Assembly: GCA_043228905.1 (NCBI GenBank)
Contig: JBHGNT010000010.1
Coordinates: 2,666,001 to 2,730,000 of the forward strand
From: Azolla caroliniana
Taxonomy: Eukaryota > Plantae > Polypodiophyta
Length of the DNA: 64,000 nucleotides
Direction: 5' to 3'
Part shown: piece after piece, positions 10,089-20,233 of the stretch
How positions within the stretch are numbered: position 1 is the first letter of the stretch
Layout of the letters: each line of letters opens with the position of its first letter
Position numbers and translations under genes: made by a program
The notes under the pieces: generated by a model
The model's database searches: none
What the model saw: the letters and a program-made list of their open reading frames with translations, nothing else
Told to the model about the DNA's origin: nothing

Positions 10089-12903
10089 CCTGCGTCGTAG
10101 TGGTCTCCAGTTGACTGGTTCCCGGCTGGCCCTCAGCCGGCAACGGTTCCTCATCACTAAGGTTAACCGTTGTCGCTTCCCGTGCTTTTTCTTCCCGCAC
10201 CCGGGACCGCTCGTAGCTTTCAAACTGGATTTGAGCGTCCAGCCTATCATCGTCCAGCTGAGCTACGAGCTGCCTAACCTGCGCCAGCTGTTCATCTGCC
10301 AGGACTTGGAAGTCGTCGGCCAGCTCGTCCCGTATGGCGGTGAAGTCCTCGGAAGTCAACGTATAACAGTCATCTCCTTCCTTCCGCCGGTTTGCCACAT
10401 CTGCCCGTAGCAACTGGAGTTCCACCGCGTTTTGTGCCCACTTTGTCCACCATTTTACGGAGCTTTCATCAGTCAAGTGTTTCGTCTGATTCAGCCATGC
10501 CCGGAGGATGGACTGAATCCGGCTCGTTCCCAATTGCGATTTGGTTTCCACCGCTTGCCGTTCCTCCTTCAGTTGTTTGATGATTTTGACGTTGTCCTCC
10601 GCCTGCGCCTTGTAATGCGTCAATTGCCTTTGATATGTGCATTGTAATTTCTGCAATACTGTTGATGCTCTCTCTTTGTCTTCATGCTGCTGCCTCTGGA
10701 GCTCCATCCGGACCTTCTCCGCCTCTTCCAAGCATCTTATATTTTCCGCCCGTTCATCGGCGATCGCCGTCGCGGCCCGATCAACTGCCTGTTGGAGCTC
10801 GGCCATCCGTTCTTTATGCTCCGTTTCCAGCCGTTTGTAGTCTCGGTGCAGGTGCTCAAAATCATCTGTCTTTTGCTTGAGCCGTGCGTTGATCTGACGA
10901 CGGGCCCGGTCCTCGTGGTCCTTCTGCTGGCGGAGCTCTTCCTTTAGCCGTTCAATCTCTGTTTCCGCCGTTTTCCGCAGCTTGTCCTTTTCCTGCAGCA
11001 CTTTGTCTTTCTCCTCCTTTAGCCGGTCGTACGCTTGATGGCCTTTCCGGAGGCTCTCCTATGCCCGGCGGAGGTTCTCAACAGTCTTCTTTAATTCGGC
11101 TTCGACCGCCGTCTTCAATTCTCGTTCACGGCTCCTTAGCGCTTCTTGTGCGGCAAGTTCCTCTCTCAATTCCGCAAGTTCCTGAGCTTGCGCCGCATCT
11201 CTCGCCGGAACGGTTTCCGTTGCCGGGGTCTTATTGCTATGTACAGGTCGTTCCGTTTATTTATTCTGTACACTTACCGGAGTCACCGGTGATTGGATCC
11301 GTATTTTGGCCATCTCTGTCGTGACCTGATCCAAGTCTTTTTCAAGGCACCGGATTCTGGACCGGGCCGTCTCTAGTTGTTCGGTTGTGACGAGCAACTG
11401 TTCGCTTTGCGCTCTGTCTTCCGCCTCTATATACCCCATTGCTCCGGCTATCTGTTCGCCTATCCACCGGAGCCACAGGCTACCGGTGCCTTGTTGTGCT
11501 TGCACGAAGGTTTGATAGATGGGCTCACTTGTAGAGGGGTGGTCCCGCCTGGTTGCGCCGAGTTGCAGTTCCGTTTCTGCCCGTGGACCATCCTGCTATC
11601 CTGGTTCCCCTTGCGCTTCTTCTTGGCTGACCGAGGGAGGCTGCAGTGACCTTTCCGGCTCTGGCGGGATGGGACTTACCGGTGTTGCCGGTGGTGCCCG
11701 GGCTTCTGTTTTCGGTGCCATCTGCACCGGTTCTGGTTCCTTCCTTGGCGTAGGAGTCTCAGTATGGGGAGCCGGTGTTCCCTTTGTCTGAGGGTCCGAA
11801 CGTTTCCCGGCTGCCTCAACGGTCCTTGCCGACGACCGTCGCTGGAGGTGCTCCGTAGGCTCCTCCTCTATTTCCTCCTCCTGAGCTCCGGCATTGAGTT
11901 TGGCCGCCAAGGGGTCCGCTTCTCGATTCACCGGTCGGCGGAGTGTGACCTTTACAGGCCGTGCCGGTGGTTCCTCCTGCGCCTCGGTTGGGCGCTTCCG
12001 GTTGCCGCTTCCAGCTGCCGCCTGTTCTGCATCCGCCGCCTTTCCCTTAGTGGCCTTTGAGGCCAACAACTGTTGCCGTTTGGAAGCCGTCCTTGGTGTG
12101 CCGTCCGGCACTCTTCCTCGCTTCTTGGGCTGGACGGTCTGAACGGGTGGCACCAGCAAGGTGAGCCACTGCGTTACGGCGTGCCATATCCTTCGTCCGT
12201 CTCGGCCTTCTTTGCTGTCTTTGCCTCTGACGATCTCGATCGCCGCACACAACACATCTGCAATCAATACCGGCCAATCCACCTTGATCCCTTTATAGGT
12301 GGCGATGATCATCCCTGCCCGGTTCTGCGGCATGACAGGGGGTCTAGGGTACACGTGGCCGTATTCATGGAGCACACGAGCAATTTCACGGAACAACATA
12401 TCTCCGCCGCCCTGTGTCCAGTAGCCCTTGCTGGCTAGAGAGTACTCACCAAAATACTTGATGAGTTGCTTCGGGGTTGGATTGTCGATCGTGAGTATGC
12501 CTCCCTCCGGAAGGCCTGTTAACGCTCGAATCGCCTCTGCCGTTATGACATCTGTATCGATTTCCTTGATCACTTTGTCGGCTTCTTTGTGTGGCGGTAC
12601 TTCCATCATCATCAAGAAGCCCTCGAGCCCGTGTTGCTTCAGCCATGTCTTGGCGGCTTCCGACAGCGTTTGCGGGTCCATCTCTGTGTCAGGGTCGGAT
12701 TGCGGTGGCGAGGATGGATGGTGATGAGAGTGGGGTTGAGAAAGAGAGAGTTCAGAAGGCGGGGGTTCTCTGTGCGCAGGTTCTCGTCTGATGATCTTGC
12801 AGCGTTTCAGTGCTTCTGTGCTCTTGGGTTCGCGAAAGTAGAGGGTCTCTACGCGCAATGGTTTTTGTCTGTGCATTCTGGCGCCTTTTTCGAGTTTGTG
12901 CAT
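10089..12903 (-). pseudogene. Extra 3' ORF of element E (~970 codons; C-terminus continues at 4216-4313)
   Basis: ORFs 11596..12903, 11257..11505 and 10054..11001 share one frame and are separated by single stops (TAG, TAA, TAG). Globular N-terminus, Pro/Glu-rich linker, long coiled coil. Confidence 0.8.
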
Positions 12904-12960
12904 GTCGCGTACTTAAAATAGAATTATGTCCTGTGGTGGCGCTTTAAATGCCCACTACGT

Positions 12961-13677
12961 TGTCGGGGTTGCTACGCCCTTGCGTGTAGAAAGGAGGAGG
13001 GACCACGGGGGTCTTGAACCGAAGAGCAAGAGAGAGAGGAGTAAGAGAGAGAGACCCGATTACACAGAACCGAAGATCCGATTGCGCAGAATCGACGATT
13101 GCATAGGGACACGGCCCAACAAACAGAGATCACAAATAAACGCCGACGCAGATGGACGCAACAACGAAAGATATGTACTTATGAATGCAAGAAAATAACA
13201 GACTAAAGTATTACAACCCACGGTGGGGCACGAAATATACACTAACGAAAACGAACAGGGCGGCGAACAGATGCCGACCCCTGCATGTCGCGACGCACAG
13301 AAAGGGAAAACAGGTCGGAGGTGCTGCAGGACGCACTCGGGGCGTTCCACGGAACAGCGCAAGCCTCCTCGAAACCTGCACAGGTACGCGATGGAGCAGA
13401 AGACAGAGAAAGCAGGAGTGAGAGAGAAGCTCCGAAATCGGTTCGGCAGCACTTCGTCCTCTCCGCGCGAGATACCCCACTTCTATTCTTCCTCTTCCTT
13501 TTATAGCCCGTCAAGAGGCCGTTTGGCATTAACTGCATACCAACCGAATCTACCCACCTAGGATCCTCGTATGTACCTACTTCGTCCTTAGGTACTTCTT
13601 GGCGCGCGCGTGTGTGTAGAGCCGTTTCCCACGCCTTGTTCCTCCGATTCCTCTTGTGGGCGGTTTTCTTCACGACA
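12961..13677 (-). repeat. 3' LTR of A2
   Basis: Direct repeat of 19408-20124, adjacent to the PPT. Confidence 0.95.
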
Positions 13678-13749
13678 TCCGCCCCCACCTAACCGCGCAT
13701 CCACCGGCATGCGCCAAATTAAGTTGGCACGGAGAAAACCGGCCCGCCT

Positions 13750-16700
13750 TTACTCTTCGCCTGCCGGCCCTTCCTCGGCCTCGGGTCGGTCGTCGCTGCT
13801 GTCCAGGAGAATCGGGTCGGGTTCGTCGTCGTGCCGCTTCTTGAAAGCTTTGATCCTCTTCCCGGCCACGGGTATCGCTATTCTCGTACCGTCGAGTTCC
13901 GCCAGATGATACGTCCCGTTGTCGTTGGCGCTCTGTACCGTGTACGGCCCGAACCATCTCCGTGCGAACTTCCGCGTTGCTCGGTGCTGGTTGTCGAGGC
14001 TGCTGTCATAGACGAGCACCCAGTCACCTTCTTCGATCTTCTTCGGTCGGAGTCGGTGCGTTCGGTCGAACCTGGCTTTGTTCTTTATCCTCGCCACCCG
14101 GATCTTTTCTGCAGCCGTCTCCACGTCCTCCGGTCTCCGCTCGAGTTGTCGTATACGCGCTGCCAACAACTCCTCCCGGCTCATCTCGTCCCTCCAGTCG
14201 ACCGTTGCCCACGAGGAGATTGTTCGTTCCATCGGCATGATCGGCTTCTGGCCGAACATGAGCTCTGTCGGCATGTACCCGGTTACCGAACTGTGCGTAG
14301 TCCGGTCGGCCCACAAAGCATAAGGTAGAAGTCGCGGCCAGTTACCGACTTGGCCTCCGCATGCCCGAACCAGCGCCTTAACGATCGGCCCGTGTCCGCG
14401 CTCCACCTTTCCATTTGCCTCCGGGTTGTACGCAGTGGTGAGCGAGAGCTTGACTCCCAGCCGATCGAACAGCTCCGCGGCTTCCTCGGCGTCCAACTCC
14501 CCTCGGTCAGCCACGATCTTCCCGACACACCCGTACCGGCATATCACGTCCTCGATCAGGAACCGACACACGGCCGCGGTCGTCTTGTTCTGAAGGGCTC
14601 GGCCTTCCACCTGGTTCGTCAGGTCTTCCCGCGCTAGGACCAGATACCGCATCTGTCCTACCCCCATCGGCATCGTCACCAGGTCTACCATCCATTTGAA
14701 GTGGATAGTCGGAGGGTACGTAGGGTGAAGCCCGTCCCGGTGTCGGACTATCGAGTGCATCTGACAACTCTCGCAAGTTGACACGAACCGATGCACGTCC
14801 CGGTACAATCCCGGCCACCAGTACTTCCCCTTCAGCTTCTCAAACGTCGCCCACGTTCCACGGTGTCCAGCCCAAGGGCTGTCGTGGTAGGCCGCCAGTA
14901 GCTCCTCCTGTTCTTCCTTCATCGCCACCACCCGGAGCGGGACGCCGTTCCTCTTCTTCGGGTGCTTCCACAAATGCCCATCTCGGAGAAAGAATCGATA
15001 TGCTTTCTTCCGGATCCGGTTGGCCTCGTCCTTTGTCCATGACGCATCGGGCGTCATTGTCTTCAAAAACCCGCCGATCTGCAGCCACTCCCCGTCGTAC
15101 TTGCTCGCGTCGAACTCGTTAAGCGCCGGAGTGCTCATCCCGTCGGTCGTTATGTACGCAGTCTCGAAGAAGTCCACGCCGACCTCTTCGTCCTCCGAAA
15201 CCATGCCGTCCTCGTTATCGAATCTCGCCCTTGAAAGCATGTCGGCCATGGCGTTGTCTTTCCCGGAAATGTGTCGTATTACCGGGTCTAGGGACTTGAT
15301 ATACGCTATCCACCTGAGCATTGCCAGGTCCGGCGTCGCGCATCCGGAAACCATGCCGAGGATCGGCATGCAATCCGTCTCTATGATTACCTCCGTCCCG
15401 ATCAGATAGTCTTTGTCGGCCTTCACCGCCGAAACGATACCCCAGAGTTCGCGTTTAACCTGGGCGTATCCTCGCTGCCGTTCGCTGAGGACCTTCGCGC
15501 CGAAACGGATCGGAAACCGGTTGCCGTCCTCGTCTTCTTGGTTGACGACCCACCCGATTCCGGTCGGACTCGTGTCAACCGTTATGTACACTGGGGTGCC
15601 CTTCCCGTAGACGGCCTTTCGGAGCGCCGGTGCTGCCGAAAGAGCCTCCTTCAGCTTCCGGACCGACTCCGTGTGCTTGTCTAGCCATTCGAATCTTCGC
15701 CCTTTCCTCAGTAATCCGTATAGCGGCTCCGCAACGTGGGCGTAATGCGGGATCCATATGTGGTAGAATGCGCATGCCCCCAGGAATCTTCGTACTTCCG
15801 TGACCGAGCTGCAGTCGGGCTTCATCGCGGAGATGGCTTCTACCTTTGCCGGAGACGGTTTCCGGCCGTATGGTCCGCACAGGTGTCCGACCACCATGAT
15901 TTCTGACTGCCCGAAGGCCGACTTCTCCCCGGAGAAGGTGAGTCTCGCATCCTCTAGCCTTTGCAGCACCTTCTCGCAGTCGTCGATGTGCGTCGCCACG
16001 AATCGCCGGCATCCGTCCGGCCCGATCGTCTCGTCCTTTTCTTCCACCAGGCATCCCTTGATCGGGATGTCGTCCAGAAACGGCATGGTGATGTCCGGGA
16101 TACAGTCCCTCAGAACCTTGTTCATCGCATTCACCATGTGGGCCACCGAGTTGGTCCCTCCTTGCGGCAGTGTACACATCCGAACTAGGCCGAGGGGAGT
16201 TCGCATCGTCGTAATGACTCTGCTCTCCACGGCTAGCTGGAACTGGTCGTACCCTGAGTATAGATCCCCGACCGAGTAAATTGACCTTCCGGCGAAGGCC
16301 TCCGCGAACTCGTCTATGGTCGGTCCGATCCCTGCGTTCCGAATGGTCACTCGATTGACCGGCTGCAGGTCCTGAATGAAGCGCAACGAACCGTTTTTCT
16401 TCGGTACAGTAAACCATCGATTCGAATATGGGGCGCTCGACGGCTCGAGAATTCCCATATCAACTTTCTGCCTCAACAGCTCCATCAACTTCGGGATGTG
16501 AGCTCTCGGAACCGGGATTGGCTTGAGATTCCATGGTACATGCGGTACCGTGAATATCACCATCGGCTCCACGATCGTCGGGTCAACGCACCCGATTTCC
16601 TCCGGCGAGAATGCGAAGGCTTTCCCGTGCTTTCCGAGCATTCTCCGAAACCGGTCTTCCTCCGCCGGCAGTAGGAACCCGCCCCCACCGATTTTGAGCT

Positions 16701-17241
16701 CTCGGAGCGTCTCGTCGGTGAAGGTGTGCCCTATGCAGGCCGGATCTCGTAGACTAGGGTCCGATGCAACCCCTTTGATTCTCGACGCGCTGTCCTCCGG
16801 TAAGGGTGCCGCGACTGGCCTTACCTTCCGGTCCACAGTCTTGTACTTGGTACTTACGTGGGCCGTCCAAACTGACTCGAGCCCTCGACCGAAGTCCGCG
16901 ATGACTTCGTACATCTCCTCGGAACACACCGGTATCGTCCGGTCTTCGTTAAGGCCTTCTTCGACTACCTTTCCCAGCATTCCCAAGGTGTCGTCGAATG
17001 AGACCGCCTCCACGGCTCCGTTGATTTCCTCGTCAGGGCCGAGAACTCCGCACGCTCGAAGTCTCCCCTCCGCCTTTGTCTTCTCTCGGCCGCCGATGCC
17101 GACTATCGTACACGCTCCGCTGTCGGAGAACAAAAATTCCCTACCTACGGTACAAGGTTTCTTCGGTTTTATCGTACAGGTGTGGGGTTTTCTCGGGGTG
17201 TCCGGACTGTCGCGGCCCCACGCCTTGGCAGCCCTCTCTAA
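13750..17241 (-). CDS. pol: Pol of A2: RT, RNase H, integrase (reached by -1 frameshift)
   Basis: LPQGGTNSV, PFLDD, VDTS..RELWG..ETDC, GHRG/CESC, MVDL-ADRG-KVER; no chromodomain; frame open back to the gag stop. Confidence 0.93.
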   Translation of the reverse strand, partial: LERAAKAWGRDSPDTPRKPHTCTIKPKKPCTVGREFLFSDSGACTIVGIGGREKTKAEGRLRACGVLGPDEEINGAVEAVSFDDTLGMLGKVVEEGLNEDRTIPVCSEEMYEVIADFGRGLESVWTAHVSTKYKTVDRKVRPVAAPLPEDSASRIKGVASDPSLRDPACIGHTFTDETLRELKIGGGGFLLPAEEDRFRRMLGKHGKAFAFSPEEIGCVDPTIVEPMVIFTVPHVPWNLKPIPVPRAHIPKLMELLRQKVDMGILEPSSAPYSNRWFTVPKKNGSLRFIQDLQPVNRVTIRNAGIGPTIDEFAEAFAGRSIYSVGDLYSGYDQFQLAVESRVITTMRTPLGLVRMCTLPQGGTNSVAHMVNAMNKVLRDCIPDITMPFLDDIPIKGCLVEEKDETIGPDGCRRFVATHIDDCEKVLQRLEDARLTFSGEKSAFGQSEIMVVGHLCGPYGRKPSPAKVEAISAMKPDCSSVTEVRRFLGACAFYHIWIPHYAHVAEPLYGLLRKGRRFEWLDKHTESVRKLKEALSAAPALRKAVYGKGTPVYITVDTSPTGIGWVVNQEDEDGNRFPIRFGAKVLSERQRGYAQVKRELWGIVSAVKADKDYLIGTEVIIETDCMPILGMVSGCATPDLAMLRWIAYIKSLDPVIRHISGKDNAMADMLSRARFDNEDGMVSEDEEVGVDFFETAYITTDGMSTPALNEFDASKYDGEWLQIGGFLKTMTPDASWTKDEANRIRKKAYRFFLRDGHLWKHPKKRNGVPLRVVAMKEEQEELLAAYHDSPWAGHRGTWATFEKLKGKYWWPGLYRDVHRFVSTCESCQMHSIVRHRDGLHPTYPPTIHFKWMVDLVTMPMGVGQMRYLVLAREDLTNQVEGRALQNKTTAAVCRFLIEDVICRYGCVGKIVADRGELDAEEAAELFDRLGVKLSLTTAYNPEANGKVERGHGPIVKALVRACGGQVGNWPRLLPYALWADRTTHSSVTGYMPTELMFGQKPIMPMERTISSWATVDWRDEMSREELLAARIRQLERRPEDVETAAEKIRVARIKNKARFDRTHRLRPKKIEEGDWVLVYDSSLDNQHRATRKFARRWFGPYTVQSANDNGTYHLAELDGTRIAIPVAGKRIKAFKKRHDDEPDPILLDSSDDRPEAEEGPAGEE

Positions 17242-19364
17242 AAATCCTCTCGGTTATCGGAACCGAGGGAGTCGCGGTTACGCTCGTGGTTCGGCCTAAC
17301 CGTCAAAAACTGGACCGAATGGCGCCCGTCCTGGCTCTTGACCCGCGCATAGGCCGAACCATTGTCCAGCACCTTGGTCTCCATCCGAGCCGCCGTGATG
17401 TACGGCTCTCCCAGTATGACGGGGTGCGATGACGACTCCTGCACGAAGAAGTGCTGGTCTATCTCGACATCGCCGATCTTGACCCGTACATTCGGGCAGG
17501 CCCCGTGAAGTTCCTCGGTGGCGCGCGTCGCCGCCCTTATCTTCCACCCGTGCTTGGTGTTGATCGGCCATTTGCCCTTCTTATAGAAGTCCATGGACAT
17601 CAGGTTGATTTCCGATCCGTGGTCCACCAAAGCTACTACCGGTTCCTGGACATCGCCGATCTTTACCGGGGTTTCCGTGGTCGCTCGGGCCCAGTGTGGC
17701 CGCGAATAGTGGCTCTCCGCCCACTCGTCTTCCAGCGCCATGTCGTCCAGGTGCGCCGTCCGCACCTCTACCGGTCTTTCCGGTTCCTCCTCCGTCGACA
17801 GCCTCTTCCGCTTGACCAAGTCCACGATGGAGTCGTGGAACTCTTTCTTCGCGATTCCGAGCACCTCCCGTAATGACAGCTCCACCTTGCTGTCGAGGAT
17901 CCGCTCCTCTAGGACCTTTCGTAAGTCCGTGGTTCTTTCTATCTCCGTCCCCAGACGGTACCCGCCCTTCTGGGGTTTATCTTGCGTACCGGCCCCGCCG
18001 GCTTCGTCCCGTCGTGGCCCGGACCGGGTCTCGTATCGTTGTGAGGGCCCGGTCGTCCCGGGTTTCCCCACCCGCTTCTCTTCTACCAGAGCCTCGTAGT
18101 TCCGGCAAGCGGCTTCCACGAAGCCCGTCTTTTCCTCGACCGGGTCGCTCCACCCGGTCATCTCCCGTACCCGTTTCTCCGCACGGTCCGATTCCTCCCT
18201 TTTAAGCCCGGCACCGGCAAGGCCTTCCAGCATCGTCGGCCAGAATCCGGCTTTGCTTTCCTTTCGGGCCTCGCCGCCCCCGACTCGAATACCGGCCGAC
18301 GCCGAGTAGTGGACGGTTTCCGCATGTCGGGCCGCCGCCTCTTCCATCAACCTCTTCATTCCGCCTCGCCCGTCGTTTCGGTTTAGGGCCCTTCTCGTGT
18401 CGTTGGCGTGAACCCGGCCTTCCCATAGGTACACCACCCGGTTCCTCAGCGCCTCTGCGAAGTCGCCGCAGTCTTTTCGGATGTGGCCGACCCCGTCGCA
18501 CCACATGCACCTGTTCCCTACCGCCGGCCGTCGGTCACGAGCAGGTCCTCCGCCTTCTCTGCGGGCTTGTGCGATTTGGAGGTCTTTTATCGCCCTCGTC
18601 AGTTCCTCCAACGCAGCTCCTCCAGTCGAGCCTCTGATCACGCCGGTCGCAGCTGAACCGGATTCCAGCCACTCCCGAGTCTCTTCCCTTCGCACCGGCT
18701 GCGCCGGCTCGAGTTTCCTCGCTGCAACTGAGCCCGACCCGGTTGCTCTGTCATCCTCCCATTCTCGCCGTTTGTCGAAACGGCCGCAGGCTCTCTTGAC
18801 CGCCGCCCAGTCGGCTGTGAGCCCGTCTTCGGTCTCTAGCAGGGCGCCCACGTGACTCCGATCCCTCTCGTCAACCGATTTGACGAACAGCAGGACCCGG
18901 CTTGTATCCAGGACCATCTTGTCAAGCGCTGAAAGGCGCGCGAAGTTCTCCTCGAACTCCCGGAGGAGTGCCGACGCATTCCTTCCTTTCCCGGGAGACT
19001 CCACCCACACCATGAAGCTTCGCTTCGAAAGCCGGAGCGCGTCGTCCAGTCCGTATTTTTCCAGGAGCCGACCTTCGAACTCCTCCCAGGTACGGCTCTC
19101 CGCCCGCACCTCGAGCACCTCCGCGTGGATGCTCGGCATCGCCACTCGGGGAAAACCGGCAAGACGCCTGTCTTCCGGAATGTCCCGCATTAACATTTCC
19201 GCACCGTAGGACGCCAGGTACTTCGTGGCATCTTTTCCGGTGAATCGACCGATCGTTCCGACGACCGCCTCAATAGCTCTATCGAGGGCGCCGGTGCCCT
19301 CGCACGCGCTTACTATCCGATCCACGGCCGAAGCCATGGCCTCTGCAAGATCCGCCCCCTTCAT
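17238..19364 (-). CDS. gag: Gag-protease of A2
   Basis: 708 aa; CCHC knuckle; aspartic protease fold motifs ALVDHGS...VILG. Confidence 0.92.
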   Translation of the reverse strand: MKGADLAEAMASAVDRIVSACEGTGALDRAIEAVVGTIGRFTGKDATKYLASYGAEMLMRDIPEDRRLAGFPRVAMPSIHAEVLEVRAESRTWEEFEGRLLEKYGLDDALRLSKRSFMVWVESPGKGRNASALLREFEENFARLSALDKMVLDTSRVLLFVKSVDERDRSHVGALLETEDGLTADWAAVKRACGRFDKRREWEDDRATGSGSVAARKLEPAQPVRREETREWLESGSAATGVIRGSTGGAALEELTRAIKDLQIAQARREGGGPARDRRPAVGNRCMWCDGVGHIRKDCGDFAEALRNRVVYLWEGRVHANDTRRALNRNDGRGGMKRLMEEAAARHAETVHYSASAGIRVGGGEARKESKAGFWPTMLEGLAGAGLKREESDRAEKRVREMTGWSDPVEEKTGFVEAACRNYEALVEEKRVGKPGTTGPSQRYETRSGPRRDEAGGAGTQDKPQKGGYRLGTEIERTTDLRKVLEERILDSKVELSLREVLGIAKKEFHDSIVDLVKRKRLSTEEEPERPVEVRTAHLDDMALEDEWAESHYSRPHWARATTETPVKIGDVQEPVVALVDHGSEINLMSMDFYKKGKWPINTKHGWKIRAATRATEELHGACPNVRVKIGDVEIDQHFFVQESSSHPVILGEPYITAARMETKVLDNGSAYARVKSQDGRHSVQFLTVRPNHERNRDSLGSDNREDF

Positions 19365-19407
19365 TTCCTACTCTTCTGCCGCCTCTTTCACGTCGGGTTC
19401 ACCAAGA

Positions 19408-20124
19408 TGTCGGGGTTGCTACGCCCTTGCGTGTAGAAAGGAGGAGGGACCACGGGGGTCTTGAATCGAAGAGCAAGAGAGAGAGGAGTAAGAGAGAGAG
19501 ACCCGATTACACAGAACCGAAGATCCGATTGCGCAGAACCGACGATTGCACAGGGACACGGCCCAACAAACAGAGATCACAAATAAACGCCGACGCAGAT
19601 GGACGCAACAACGAAAGATATGTACTTATGAATGCAAGAAAATAACAGACTAAAGTATTACAACCCACGGTGGGGCACGAAATATACACTAACGAAAACG
19701 AACAGGGCGGCGAACAGATGCCGACCCCTGCATGTCGCGACGCACAGAAAGGGAAAACAGGTCGGAGGTGCTGCAGGACGCACTCGGGGCGTTCCACGGA
19801 ACAGCGCAAGCCTCCTCGAAACCTGCACAGGTACGCGATGGAGCAGAAGACAGAGAAAGCAGGAGTGAGAGAGAAGCTCCGAAATCGGTTCGGCAGCACT
19901 TCGTCCTCTCCGCGCGAGATACCCCACTTCTATTCTTCCTCTTCCTTTTATAGCCCGTCAAGAGGCCGTTTGGCATTAACTGCATACCAACCGAATCTAC
20001 CCACCTAGGATCCTCGTATGTACCTACTTCGTCCTTAGGTACTTCTTGGCGCGCGTGTGTGTGTAGAGCCGTTTCCCACGCCTTGTTCCTCCGATTCCTC
20101 TTGTGGGCGGTTTTCTTCACGACA
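19408..20124 (-). repeat. 5' LTR of A2
   Basis: Adjacent to PBS-Trp; outer flank ACGT. Confidence 0.95.
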
Positions 20125-20233
20125 ACGTACCTTTTCGCTCCACGCTCTTTCATCCATTCATTCCTCGCTTTTGCATGATTGTTTTATTTATTTATTTATT
20201 ATTTATTTAGTTATTATTATTATTAGTGTGACG

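Larger units (their letters stand above)
12961..20124 (-). mobile_element. Element A2: intact tRNA-Trp-primed Ty3/Gypsy retrotransposon (7164 bp)
   Basis: 717-bp LTRs with about 4 C/T differences; 4-bp TSD ACGT; PBS-Trp 19387-19404; PPT 13678-13692; open gag-PR and pol. Confidence 0.97.

Noticed and set aside
16523-17299. Long antisense ORFs over A pol/gag (and similar ones over E)
   Set aside because: Expected shadow of GC-rich codon usage; no motifs.
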